Below, piece after piece: positions 10,833-23,436 of a stretch of DNA of 34,102 nt. Source of the DNA: Octopus sinensis (Eukaryota); assembly GCF_006345805.1 (NCBI RefSeq), contig NW_021831902.1:1-34102 (forward strand), in the 5' to 3' direction. The notes beneath the pieces were generated by a model that worked only from the letters and a program-made list of their open reading frames with translations, did not search any database and was not told the origin of the DNA. A program made the position numbers and the translations under genes. Within the stretch, counting starts at the first letter, position 1, and every line of letters starts with the position of its first letter.

Positions 10833-11003
10833 AAGAAAGAGAGAAAAAGAGAGAGAGGGAGACAGAGAGAGAGAGAGAGGGAGAGAGAGAGGGAGAGAGA
10901 GAGGGAGAGAGAGGAGAGAGAGAGAGAGGGAGAGAGAGGGAGAGAGAGAGAGTGAGAGAGAGGGAGAGAGAGAGGGGAGAGAGAGGGGAGAGAGAGAGAG
11001 AAG
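10776..11003. repeat. (GA)n/(GAGG)n polypurine tract, ~230 bp
   Basis: Seen directly. It accounts for the RE-rich and SL-rich ORFs. Confidence 0.97.
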
Positions 11004-11775
11004 ATAACAGTTGTAGATAGATGTCATAAAAATAAAAGATGGACTAGTCACAATTGGAACATCTTTTGCTCATAGGTCTGCCGATCCAGAAGAGAAAAAC
11101 CAGACGCTTTTTAAAATATACACACACTGGTCCAATGAGGGAGCTTTTACGTGGTCACTTGATCTGCTGGTAATAACAGCCGAAAATACTTCAGAACATA
11201 CATTTTTGCCGTCTTAAGAAATTAGACAAGGGATGTAATACTTTTCATAATCAATCTAAGACGGATGGTCATGGCCGAGAATTTTTTTTCTATTCATTTC
11301 AATTTTTGTTTTCTTCTTAACTGACAAACAAACTTCGACAATCCGGCGCCATTCAAACCGTTGAAGTCTGTTCTACGCCAGGTTACAGAAATGTCGACAA
11401 CAATGAAAATTCACGACTGGAATACCATTTCTTGATGGTGAAGAGAAATAAAGTCATGGAATGGAAGAAAGGTACAGGAAAAGTCACGGCTTTGTTGAGG
11501 AAAAAGATGTCACTTTATTTTTATTTAAATACCACAAACAATATGAATAATATTGAAGTCGTTCATTAACTGACAGAAACACGACTTGTACACAATGACT
11601 AAGAGGAATTGGCGAGATTTAGGTTTAGGTACATATTGTGTATTTGTGGGACCTAATAATGGAACCAAAACAATTTGAGAGAAAATACAAAATAGGGTTG
11701 GACATTCCGAGTAAACGTAACGAATATGTAAATACCTAAAAGTCACTTATGAAATGTTATTAAACAGAAATATAT

Positions 11776-12103
11776 ATATAAAAAAAAAAACGATAAGCGT
11801 CGCCCTTTTCAAGCCTAGCCAGGCTCATGGGCCCAGTTTCCCGGTTTCTGTGGCGTATGTGTTCCCCCCAGCTGGACGGGACGCCAGTCAATCACAGCTT
11901 AACTCAAGAAACAGGAAGAGAGAGTGAGAGAAAGTTGTAGCGAAAGAGTACAACAGGGGTCACCATCACCCTCTGCCGGAGCCTCGTGGAGCTTTTAGGG
12001 GTTTTCGCTCAATAAACACACACAACGCCCGGTCAGGGAATCGAAACCACGATCCTCCAACCGCGAGTCCGCTGCCCTAACCACTGGGCCATTGCGCCTC
12101 CAC
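11776..12103 (-). mobile_element. Young full-length tRNA-derived SINE (family C variant) with 14-bp TSD
   Basis: A box TGGCCCAGTGG, B box GTTTCGATTCC, internal gactggcgtcccgtccag. TSD AAACAGAAATATAT at 11762-11775 and 12104-12117. Confidence 0.9.
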
Positions 12104-12137
12104 AAACAGAAATATATTAATTTAATATTCTACTTGG

Positions 12138-12357
12138 CTAAGGAAGCGAGCTGGAAGTATCGTCTGTATGCACGCTGGGGAAAAATGCTTAGCGGCATTT
12201 CGTCCGTCTACGTTCTGAGTTCAAATTCCTCCGAGGTCGACTTTTCCTTTCATCTTTTCAGAGTCAGTGAAATAAGTACCAGTTGAGTACTTGGGTCAAT
12301 GTAATCGACAATCACCCTCCTCTAAGCTTGCTGGCCTAGTGCCAGAATTTGAAATCA
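12138..12357 (+). mobile_element. SINE family A
   Basis: Full alignment to the family A consensus. Confidence 0.85.
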
Positions 12358-12370
12358 TCTTTATTATTAT

Positions 12371-12708
12371 GAGAGAGCAATGCATGCCATCAAAGTGATG
12401 CTGGGTACACATATACGAAGCCCAATATACACATCATGTCTATCCTTCTTATAAAGGTACACCAGACACATGCATCACAACCAAATGTGCGCGACATGGT
12501 AACCTCATACCAAGATAAACAACGTATGATCTTGGAGGTGGGGCCCAGTTAGAATTAGCCCATCCCGCTAAAAAGGTCCCTAAATAACGGTTGTTAAAGG
12601 ATGATGAACGAAACATCCATCTAAATTATTATTCAAACCCCAAATGATCCCTCACAACACATTGCTATGATGTTCCCCCACTATTCCTGCTCGCAAACAG
12701 AGATGCAC
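12371..12708 (-). mobile_element. Probable LINE 3' UTR fragment flanked by (TTA)n on both sides (Dong/R4-like)
   Basis: (TTA)3 at 12361-12370 and (ATT)10 at 12711-12741 bracket a complex non-coding segment. The family assignment and orientation are inference. Confidence 0.45.
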
Positions 12709-12709
12709 A

Positions 12710-12741
<32 letters not shown>

Positions 12742-12859
12742 GGGCTTGGTTTATTTTTATGGTGACCTTTCTAATTTGTGATATGTTTAAAGAAGTATGA
12801 CATTGTAATTATTATTTGGTTTGTAGGCCTTTCGATGTTATTTGAACAACTTCATTAAC

Positions 12860-12997
12860 TTTAATTTGGGGAAACGGGTCAGTCGATTAGATTGATCCCA
12901 GTATGCAACTGGTACTTAATTTATAAATCCCCGAAAGGATGTAAGGCAAAGTCGACCTCGGCGGAATTTGAACTCAGAACGTAGCGGCAGACAAAAT
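12860..12997 (-). mobile_element. SINE family A, 5'-truncated
   Basis: ccccgaaaggatgtaaggcaaagtcgacctcggcggaatttgaactcagaacg. Confidence 0.85.
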
Positions 12998-13529
12998 CTG
13001 TTTATAAACAAATAATGCTAAATTGCTGAGTACCATTGCTTCGTAAGAGATGAGTGGCATTGTTAAAGTTTTCAGTTAAGAGGTCGATTCTCGTTTGACT
13101 TCCGTTAGCCCTCGTTTTTTTTATAGATAAAAGTTTTATTAGTAATATATTGGGACTTAATTTTATCAACTGCTCCTCCACCTTCATAACATCAGTGGTA
13201 TTGTACCAATTGTTGAGGTTTCTGGAGCTAAAACGCATAAATATACACAAATAGATACCCCACCCTCTCTTACACACACAACAAAACCGTCTCAACGATA
13301 AGGAAAAAAATACTGTCACAAGAAATGTGAATTCAACGAGAGATTGTCGCAAAGTTGAACTAATGGAATGTTATGACAAGATTTTCTCTTATTCTTATTT
13401 ATTCATCATTTTCATTAACTTTTCAAATGTTGGCGATAAAAGAGATTGTAGGTTAGCCAGCCACAGAAAGACTCAAAGCCAAGCCCTGTGAGAAAACGAA
13501 ACACTCGTTAATATTATTACAACATTGAT

Positions 13530-13750
13530 GGTGGCCAGCGGGTGAATCGTTAGCGTGCCGGACAACGTGCTTAGCGGCAGTTCTTCAGACTTAACAACGC
13601 TTTGAGTTCAAATGCTGCCAGGGTCTACTTTGCCTTTCATCCTTTCGAAGTCGATAAAATAAGTACCACTTGAACATTGGGGTTGATGTAATCGACTTAC
13701 TCCTCCCCCACAAATTTCTGATCTTGTGCCATAATTTGAATTCGATATTA
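13530..13750 (+). mobile_element. SINE family A
   Basis: gaatcgttagcgtgccggac...gcctttcatcctttcgaagtcgataaaataagtacc. Confidence 0.85.
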
Positions 13751-13827
13751 TTGGTTCTTCGACCAAAGACCAAACGATTAGAACCACCCATTTTGTGATA
13801 CTAATGAAACAATGAGTGAGCCTCAAT

Positions 13828-14016
13828 GTGGTCGCTTGGCTCAGGAGAAATAACGACCGAATACTCTCCAAAGCATATCTTACCGTCTTAAGAAAAGGAA
13901 GGTTACATTAATAGTTTTATATAAACCTAAAACAATAGGATGGTCACAGTTAGAGCACTTTTATCGCAGATCTACCCAGTTACGTTTGATATGGAGTTAA
14001 AGAACATCCACAACAA
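13828..14016 (+). mobile_element. Old dispersed repeat family D with (CAA)n tail; other copies at ~9820-9900, 10535-10690, 11020-11085, 11150-11280, 18980-19080(-), 19330-19465
   Basis: Shared motifs ggtcac/gcttg..gaaa..cagcc, ccgtcttaa, ggatggtca(c/t)ggct and ga(c/t)ctgggg(c/t)taaacaacaac. Confidence 0.6.
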
Positions 14017-14264
14017 TCTACAAATAGATGAAGTGTCCGAGGTGAAGATTTAAATGGCTTGGCCATTGAAAAAGAAAAAAAATTGGTTTACAGATGTGCT
14101 GTGGCTTCTTTAGGTTTTGTACCACTACTATAACGCATTGGCCTCTTGTGATCTGGATCATTTATACGCCAAAGACAGTAGGTAAATGGATCTACGAGTC
14201 CTAAGAATCGTGTCATTAGTGTTTAAGAGTCGATGATAGTGATGGTTAACAAGATTAATTATTC

Positions 14265-14620
14265 TTTTATTCTTATACTTGTTTTAATCATTTGACCGCG
14301 GCCGTGCTTGAGCACGGGTTTTAGTCGGGAAGATCGACCCCAGGACTTATTTTTAAAGCCTAGTACTTATTCTATCAGTCCAAACCGCTAGGTAAACACA
14401 CCAACATCGGTTGTTAAGCGGTGGTGGGAGGACAAACACAAAGACACAGTATATATATATATATACACGACAGGTTTCTCTCAGTTTCCATCTACCAAAT
14501 CCACTCACAAGGCTTTGGTCGGCCCGAGGCTATAGTAGAAGACACTTACCCAAGGTGCCACGTAGTGGGACTGAACCCGGGACCATGTGGTTGGGAAGCA
14601 AGCTTCTCACCACATAGCCA
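14265..14620 (-). mobile_element. SINE family B
   Basis: Near-complete reverse-complement match to 15347-15725. Confidence 0.9.
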
Positions 14621-14729
14621 CAATTGTTTCTGCTACTAGACTGTGGCCATGCTGGAGCACCGCCGTTGGAGAATTTTTAGTCGAATGAATCCGCACCAGT
14701 ACTTATGCATGTTTATTTACTATAACATA

Positions 14730-14890
14730 CAGGTAGACTTGCGTTACGGAAGCGCAAGATCCTGGAAAACCTTACCGTGACGTGAAACACACATTCCCAA
14801 TGACTTCCATGTAATCTTGAAGAGGTGATTTCGCGTTACAAAACTGAAGAGTTCTAGGAGTGCAATGTTACCGTAACGTGGGGATGTCGA
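14730..14890. mobile_element. Possible Tigger/pogo-like MITE
   Basis: TA-CAGGTAGACTTGCGTTACGG left end and degenerate CCGTAACGTGGGGATG right end. Confidence 0.35.
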
Positions 14891-15251
14891 TATGTTTTAA
14901 ACATTATCATTAGACAATTATTGTGTCTATATTCCCAATATCAACTTTTCAAAAGAATATATTAAACTTATTATAAAGCGCTGAGATTTGCACTTACATA
15001 GCAGGGACTGCTGAGTACATTTTATGAAAATGAAACTACCATGCACACATAAAAAACAAAAAAATAGTTAAAATATCTTCTTAGTATATAATGGTGGCAA
15101 GTTTTACATTATCTGAAAAGTCATTGGTTGAACTATTAGTCCTCTTCCATTCTGGTGGGTATGAGAGCGTTTCTTATTGGGCCGCGATCATGGCCTGCCG
15201 ACTTGTGTCTGATGGCCACGATTGCGGCCCATCGTGCTTTATATGTAAAAC

Positions 15252-15495
15252 CAGTGGTTCTCATCCAGGGTCCATATGGCCCTTGGGTGGCGGGGCTGGG
15301 TCCATATAAGATTTTGTTAAAATCTGGTTATAAAAAATATAGTAATAGGCGCAGGAGTGGCTGTGTGATAAATAGCTTGCTTACCAACCACATGATTCCT
15401 TGGGCAAGTGTATTCTACTATGGCCTCCGCCGACCAAAGCCTTGTAAGTGGATTTGGTAGACGGAATCTGAAAGAAGCCCGTCCTATATATATGT

Positions 15496-15528
<33 letters not shown>

Positions 15529-15823
15529 CGCGTGTGCGTGCGCGCGTTTTTACCCTCAACATTGCTTGACAAGCGATGTTGGTGTGTTTACATCCCCGTA
15601 ATTTAGCGGTTCGGCAATAAGAGGCCGATAGAATAAGTACTAGGCTTACAAAGAATAAGACCTGGGGGTCGATTTGTTCGACTGAAGGCGGTGCTCCAGC
15701 ATGGCTGCAGTCAAATGACTGAAATACACACAAAAAAAGAAAAAGAATAATGGTTAGAGAAGTCCAGTGAAGTAAAATAGGAACCATCAGGATCCTTTGG
15801 CAAAAAATGGTTGAGAATCACAG
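15252..15823 (+). mobile_element. hAT (Charlie-like) MITE interrupted by a SINE
   Basis: TIRs CAGTGGTTCTCATCC / GGTTGAGAATCACAG. Same family as the 2527 element. No clear 8-bp TSD. Confidence 0.65.
15347..15748 (+). mobile_element. SINE family B nested in the hAT MITE (B-box region deleted)
   Basis: ggcgcaggagtggctgtgtg head, internal (GT)n, ggcggtgctccagcatggc tail and A-rich end. Confidence 0.9.
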
Positions 15824-16580
15824 AGCTTTACACTAACTATGATATATTCTGTTGTGTCTGGAGAGAGTCATAGTGCCTTCGACTCAAATCCATTAATGCG
15901 GTCACAAATGCAGCGACGATAAAGCTTTCTGGAATAAATATATAAATAAATGAGTGGAAATTGAATCGGTGAGTGTGTTATATTAAGGCACTACGACTCT
16001 CCCCAGACACCACAAAATTTGTTTCAACACACGAATTCCCAAACGGAATCTTGCAAGCCAGATACAAAAACGAAGTATAATATATTTGATTCCAATAATT
16101 TCAACAGGTGAAAAATACAACAGAAAAACAACAAAACAAAAACCTAAGTTCAATTGTTGAAGATCTCTACGTAGAAAAAAGAAAAGACAAACTACATTCA
16201 TCCAATTTACAAATAAATCATCATTATATGTGTCTAGTGAGATTAATTAAACAGCTAATTACCGTGTCAGTCTATTTTAGAGATACGAACAGCACGCTTT
16301 AGAATTTTTATAGGTACGTGTAGTGTAAATAATACTTTATGGGCCAAAGTGGAAGCCTGTAATTACGAAGACTAATTAGATTGATTAATTACTGTTTTAT
16401 TGTATAGTTTATTAACAATAAAACATTGTACTTTAGAATTTTTGTAGACATTCAATAAGTCCAGACTGTAGTCTCTATGTGGTCCCTTCTGTTTTGTATT
16501 GGAGGTCCTTGTTTACGAAGAGATGCAAGAACTTGTACCCCAGTTCTGATTACATTTAGATAATATTCTCCCAAAATAAA

Positions 16581-16795
16581 GAGGCAAGTTAGTAGAATCG
16601 TTAGCACGCCGGACAAAATGCTTAGCGGCATTTCGTCCGCCTTCACGTTCTGAGTTCAATTTTCGACTAAAGTCGACTTTTCCTTTCATTCTTTACGGGT
16701 CGATGAAATAAATACCAGTTGAGCACTGGGGACGATATGATCAACTTATTCCCTCACCCGAAATTGCTGGCATTGTGCCAAAATTTGAAACCAAT
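16581..16795 (+). mobile_element. SINE family A (a second head follows at 16811-16848)
   Basis: Full alignment to family A. Confidence 0.85.
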
Positions 16796-16929
16796 GTTCA
16801 TCCAAAATAAGGAGGCGAACTGCTGGCGGAATCGTTAGCACGTCAGACATATATATATGTATGTATGTGTGTGTATATGTTTGTGTGTGTGAGGGGGGAC
16901 AAGCACACACACACACACAAGCATATCTC

Positions 16930-17315
16930 CTTTTTACTTGTTTCAGTCATTTGACTGCGGTCATACCGGAGCACCACATTTAGTCGAGCAAATCGACCCC
17001 AGGACTTATTCTTTGGAAGCTTAGTACTTATTCTATCGGTCTCTTTTGCCGAACCGCTAAGTTACGGGGACGTAAACAAACAATCATCGGTTGTCAAGCG
17101 ATGTTAGGGGGACAAACATACAAACATATACACACATACATATATACATATATACGACGGGCTTCTTTCAGTTTCCGTCTACCAAATCCACTCACAAGGC
17201 TTTGGTCGGCCCGAGGCTATAGCAGAAGACACTTGCCCAAGGTGCTACGCAGTGGGACTGAACCCAGAACCATATGGTTGGTAAGCAAGCTACTTACAAC
17301 ACAGCCACCCCTGCA
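16930..17315 (-). mobile_element. SINE family B, full length
   Basis: Reverse complement of the family B consensus with intact A and B boxes. Confidence 0.9.
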
Positions 17316-18273
17316 CCCACTGCTTCAAATCAAAATGATTCTTTGGACACTGTAGTTTTTGATACATAAAAATATATATTGTAACGTCACGGCCGGGACG
17401 GCATTGATCAGAAGTGTGCTCACTCAGAACACGTGTGAAACCAAACAATATTTTAGCCAATGAGGGAACATTTGTATGATCAGGCAAACGGGCTAGTAAT
17501 AGTAGTAAAGTCTTAAATATCAGGAGGAATAACACACTTGGTCAATCTTATACAATAGAGTCGGAAATTATTTAGCTTGCCAGTAACTGTAATTTCTTCA
17601 GATTTGTATGTTTTAAACATCGAAGGTTACTATTCTGCGTCTTTCAACACTTTGCAAAAATATTAAAAAAATTCGAAATGAAACTCAGCAAAATAATTTA
17701 TTCTTGGAAATTATATTTTTGCTAGACCGATGTTTAAAAGATTCAAATGGGAAAAGAATTTCGGAAAATAAATCCGAAAAAGTTACAGAAAGAGCGGAAA
17801 AGGGGACAAACAATTGGAAAAGTGAAACTTTGAAAACTGTTTTTTTTTTTTTTTGCAGAATCATAGTCTCTGATTAGAATGTGAAGGTGGGGTGGGAGTA
17901 TAGAAAGGAAGATGTGGTGGAGACAGGAGCCAAAAAAATTTCAAATTTTGAAAACTATTTTTTTGAAGAGTCGTAATTTCCAATGTTTAAAATAAACCAC
18001 AAAAAAGATAAATAAAAAATTGAAATAAAAAATAAAATTACAGTTTTTGGCGAACTAAAAATTTCCGATATTTATTGACTCAAGGTAAATAAAAATAAAG
18101 GCTACAAAATTGTTTGCAATTCATTTTTGTATGAAACTTAATTTTCTCAGGTTATTTTAAAATAGACTAAGCGTTGGTGGAGTGGGTGGAGCTGTAGTCA
18201 CGTGTCATAATTTCTATCAAAATACTTTGCAAAAATCAGAAATTTCCGTACATATATTTTAATTTTAAGATCG

Positions 18274-18277
<4 letters not shown>

Positions 18278-18328
<51 letters not shown>
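18278..18328. repeat. (GA)n microsatellite
   Basis: Seen directly. Confidence 0.97.
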
Positions 18329-18332
<4 letters not shown>

Positions 18333-19750
18333 GACTAAAACTTATAAATTCTGAACTTACAAACTCCACAGTTGGCAACATAAAAAAAACCCCAAAAAAA
18401 CCCCCCTAAAACTATTGGTTGATTTAATAATGTTCTTTAATAAATTTAATAAATTCCGAAGGCACAAAAATCCGTCACAGTATTCAGTTTAGTAAAGTTG
18501 TCGAATCTGTGCGTATAAACAATGACCTCAAGTAAAAAAAAAGAAAGACATTACATAAAAACAACATACGACATTCACCCATAAATTAGAAATTATCATT
18601 TTACGTGACTACTAAGGTGAATTAAATCGAGTTAATTATCGTTTTATGATATATTTTCTACGCACAAAACAGCACACAGTAGAGGTTTTGTAGACGTTCA
18701 GAGATTCCACACGTGTAGTGTAGATGTTACTTTATGAACCCATGAAGGGACTTTACCATTTTATAGCATATTTTATGAATAATAAAACGCCATGCTTTAG
18801 TGCCTTTGGAAGACATCTGAAAATTCCAACATATCGTTTTAATGTGGTCTCCCCGGTATTGTACCAGGGGGCGTTGCGTACGTACATGTACAACTTTACA
18901 TCAGTATTCGATTTCAGAGCTATTATATGATCAAATCACCCAAAAGATAGTTTCCATGACATATACACAAACGGCTTTCCATGTTGTTTAGCACCAAGTC
19001 AGGCTTAATCGAGCAGATTTATCTCCAAAGACGCTCTAGCTGTGATTCACCCAGTTTTTTTTCCAAAGGTAGCTGGTTAAAACCTCATATTCTAATGTAA
19101 TCTTCCATCTGCTTTTTAAAGCAGGTACAGGACTTGAATCTCATGCAACGAATAAAGTGGCCTGTATCAAATAATGTTGAATACCCAGCTCATTTTATAT
19201 ATCCGCCTCTGCTCCTTAATACCTACCCCTCTCCCTATCTGATCTCGGTCCCTTTTTCCTCGTTTTTGCTAAACTCAAACTTCAATGTTTCCACAAGTGT
19301 TATTCAGTGACTCCTTATACTTCATTGTACGCTGCTCAAATAGAAGACAAGTTTTTTTTTCTCCCAAAATCATGCCTTGTTGCCTTACAAAAAGGCTTAT
19401 TGAATGATGTGGCATTGAGGGTCATAGTTTAATCGATCAGGATTGATCTGGGGTTAAACGGTAACCTACAACTTCTAAAGCAAAGTCTAATCTCTCGCAT
19501 CCCAGAGTAACTATTAATCAGTTAGATCTACAACGAATATTTGACTATTAGCGAATCTATCACGTTAATATTTTCTTAGTTTCTTCTTATTTTAGTGTAC
19601 AACATGAAAAATCAATAAACTGACTTAAAGCATCAATTAAGATTACTTATCGTACAAACATTTACCCCTAGGGACATACGACATCAGATTGGGAAGCAGT
19701 TGTCATACATAAAATATAGTTATTTTGAAAAATCAATTCTAAAATATTAT

Positions 19751-19785
<35 letters not shown>

Positions 19786-20636
19786 CATACAGACACATAT
19801 CTATACCTGTATACATATACATTTGAATTGATAAATGATTATATATATATATGTGTGTGTGTGTGTATGTATGTATATATGAGTTTATGAATTTATTTAA
19901 GTATATTTCCCTTAAGATATATTTCCAGATAGAAAGTTAGACACTTATAAAATATGACTATGTTATGTATATACGTGAAAGGAATATAAAAAGAACAAAA
20001 ATATGATTATATATCACACGCCATGGGAACTTCTCTTTTTTTTAACACATCCCGCATAGTTTATAGTAAGTTTAAAATATTTTCTTTATATGGTTGTATT
20101 GGGAACTCATTCTTTCTAAGTGTTTATTTCACTGTCATCGATCATCACCCCAACTAAGTTGTTGAGCATTTCCAGTGAACAAATGTCTTGATTAGACAAA
20201 TTGAAATGTGTCTAATAACTGATTGAATAAATACTTTTAAGTCTTTCGTTATCTGTCCTCCAAAATTCCTGAATACTTTTTACATACTTGGATAATCTTA
20301 ATTTCATCCAAATCATGGTTCTTCCATAAATACAGTTCTTTGATATTCCATGAAATATGAGAACCGCGCGTGTATTATTGTGATATATGTCGCAACCTAT
20401 CAGTAAGGCGTTTGATAATTTTTTGGGGTTAAACGCCTCTCCTCCTCATCCCTGAACCTAACAAAGCAGCACGGTCGTGTATAGAGGGGAACTATCAGAC
20501 TTAGACTCCAAGGTAAACTCTTTTCACTTCTCTTCATTTTAGACCAAAAGCAGTAAGTATTCTTTTTATGCACGCGCATAAAAATATATTGGGGACATAG
20601 CTGGGGAAAAAAAATGAAATTTTACAAATACATGTA

Positions 20637-20850
20637 AAGGCGGTAAGCTGGCAGAATCATTAGCGCATTGAATAAACCGCTTAGTAGCATTTCTTCTGTT
20701 TTCATGTTCTGAGTTCGAATTTCGCCCAAGTCGACTTTGCTTTTCATTTTTTCGGATTCAATAAAATAGGTACCAGTCGAACACTGGGATCTATATAATC
20801 GACTATTCTCCTTCCCACAAATTTCAGGCCTTATGCATATTATGGAAAAA
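20637..20850 (+). mobile_element. SINE family A
   Basis: aaggcggtaagctggcagaatc...gtcgactttgcttttcat...aaatttcaggcctt. Confidence 0.85.
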
Positions 20851-21784
20851 AATTTATAAATACATAGCTCATTAAATTTCTGCTCAAACATCGAAGTTTA
20901 AGCAATTAATTTTATAACAGTCTTTAGGGACTTTGTCATAGAGAGGTTTCAAATTTGAATAAAAGTAAAATTTTCCTTCTTAGTAAAGAGTGGGGTTATT
21001 TTTCACTGTGACTTATTTAAATCATTAATGCCATTGGAAAAGGAATGAACACCACAATTTCCCGCTTTTTCTACCCATCGTTGTAGAGTGCCAGGCAAAG
21101 TGGCTTGCAACATATGTTTACATCCTTAAAAATTAATTATTCTCGACTTGAGAATCTGAAACAAAACTTTGGAGATAATTATTTGACAATTCAATTCCCT
21201 TTGGTTTCTGCGCATGCGCTAAAAATATAGGTCATGCTCAAAGACATTTCAACACATCTATAACTTTCCGGCTGCAATTATCCTGTCTGTATTTAAGGAA
21301 TCAGAATTTTTTTCCAGATTTGTATCAACAAAAGCGGTCCAACCGTAACCACCCTATCCCTAAACTCTCTAAATGAAATTGCTATTAGCCTTTTGGCATC
21401 ATTTTAGTTTGTAAAAGAAAAAGATATAGTTAAAACTTTGGAGCTAGTCGAAGGAGGTAATGAAACACAAAATCGAAAACGCTTTTAGTGAAAAAATAAA
21501 AGGAATTTTGAACTTAAAAATTGAAAAACAAATTTAGATTTTATCATTAAAATAACGTGTTTGTAATAACCTTAATAATTTTTTTTTATAAATAAAGGTG
21601 TTAGATAAAAGTAATTCAGGGATGCCAGCTGATAAATCCATTTCAAATATTAGACTACTATGAAAAATAAACAAGCAGAAATCAAAGGTTATTTAAGACT
21701 AGGTTCCAAAGGGAATAAAATTTTTTCGATTTTCAGGCATTTTAAGATTATTTTCTATCATTAAAATAATAATTCTTTTAAAAT

Positions 21785-21940
21785 GTTGGAAGGCCAACAA
21801 TTTTGAGAGAAATGGGTTTAGTCAATGATCCTGAAAAGGTCAATTTGACTTCGACAGGATTTGAACTCAGAAGATAGAGCCGGAACAAATACTGAAACGC
21901 ATTTTTTCGGCATTCTAACGATTCTACCAATCTACTGAAC
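21785..21940 (-). mobile_element. SINE family A, internally deleted
   Basis: gatttgaactcagaa...ttctaacgattctaccaa. Confidence 0.65.
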
Positions 21941-22047
21941 TTTTTAATTATGATAATTAAACACTTTACCTTAAAAATACTTAGTTCTCTGTGTGAATTT
22001 GATCTCAGACATTATCGAGTAAAGCGTTGATTTGTTATTTCAAGTTA

Positions 22048-22232
22048 CCATTAGCACACCGGGCGAACTTTTCTTGGCGGTATTTCGTCTGTTCAAATCC
22101 CGCCGACGTCGACTTTGCCTTTCATCCTTTCGGGGTCGATAAATTAAGTACCATTGCGTACTGGGGTCTATCTAATCGACTGGCTCCCTTCCTCAAAATT
22201 TCAGGCCTTGTGCCTATGGTAGAAAGGATTAT
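22048..22232 (+). mobile_element. SINE family A
   Basis: Perfect core gtcgactttgcctttcatcctttcggggtcgataaattaagtacc. Confidence 0.85.
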
Positions 22233-22289
22233 TTCAAGTTATCATAGTAATTCGTCTGCGAAATCATTTTCGCTAACTATTGCTTTCTT

Positions 22290-22502
22290 ATTTAGGCACA
22301 AAGTCAGTAATTTCGAGAAAAAAGGGTGTTGTCAATATTTTCGACCCCAGTACTTGACTGCTACTTTATTTCATCATCTCCGAAAGTACGAAAGGCAAAG
22401 TAAAGTTAGGCAAGATTTGAACCTAAAACATAAAGAGCTAGAATGAATGCTGCAAAGCAGTATTTTTCCCGATGCCCTTCCCATTCTGCCAACTCGCTGC
22501 TT
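22290..22502 (-). mobile_element. SINE family A, tail-to-tail with the previous copy
   Basis: cgaccccagtacttgactg...gaaaggcaaag...ttctgccaactcgctgcc-like end. Confidence 0.8.
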
Positions 22503-23276
22503 GCTATTTTAAACTTTTAAATTATAAAGAGAGGAATCCTATTGATTGTCATTAAATTATCAACTAAGTACGTCTGGACCAATCTACAAGCTATCCTTAT
22601 ATAGTTTTAATTAGATAGCAAAAGTTTTTTTCAGGATACAAACTACCTCTCGAAAATTTTTGCGTTACGTTTAATGAAATAGATCTGGCAACCGCTGAGG
22701 CAAGGAATAAATTAGCTGCCGTACTCAGGATATAACACTGGCCTCAGAAAAACAACAGTAATTTTGATATAGAGGGGAACACTCTTTATCATTAACGAGC
22801 TAAGTGGTTTGTGTGTTTAGATAATGATAGATAAATACGCATTGAGATAAGCATGAAAGTTGATGTTGACACTGAGATAGATACGCAACGAAATATATAA
22901 TGAGAGAGGGAGTGGGCATAAAACTAGAAAAAATTTATCGAAGTACACAAAGAGACAGACTTACATACAAATAGTCATAAAAAAAATAAATCAGATGTTG
23001 GACATATTAAGGTCGATAAAAAACAAACTACAGTACAAAATAAGACATACGGTAAAAATATTTTCAGACAATGTGAGTGTGTTTTATTTATGGTGTTATA
23101 TTTATAACCTTCCATGGTCGCGACTAAGTCAGTACACCACATAGCTGTAGGCAGTTTTTCGGTTTATGACCACAAATTGAAATTGGAAAATTATCATGAG
23201 CATTCAACATTTAAATTTTGAAATAAATTTTTAAAAAATGCAATTTTGAAAAAAAAAAAAAAAAAAAGGAATCAGA

Positions 23277-23436
23277 AGCGTGCAGGCATGGCTGTGTAGT
23301 AACAAGTTTGCTTTCCAAACACATGGTTCCGGATTCCGTACCACTTTGTGAGAATGTCTTCTACTATACTTTTGGTCCCACTAAAGCCTTGTGAGTTAAT
23401 TTGGTAGACAGAAACTGAAAGAAGCGCACGTCCTGT
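23277..23436 (+). mobile_element. SINE family B 5' part
   Basis: gcgtgcaggcatggctgtgtag...ggtagacagaaactgaaagaagc. Confidence 0.8.

Noticed and set aside
10701-11051. RE-rich and SL-rich ORFs
   Set aside because: Translation of a (GA)n tract.
21200-21500. NRF1-like TGCGCATGCGC and a weak transposase-like peptide KTLELVEGGNETQ
   Set aside because: Single motif in probable repeat debris. The peptide similarity is too weak to call.
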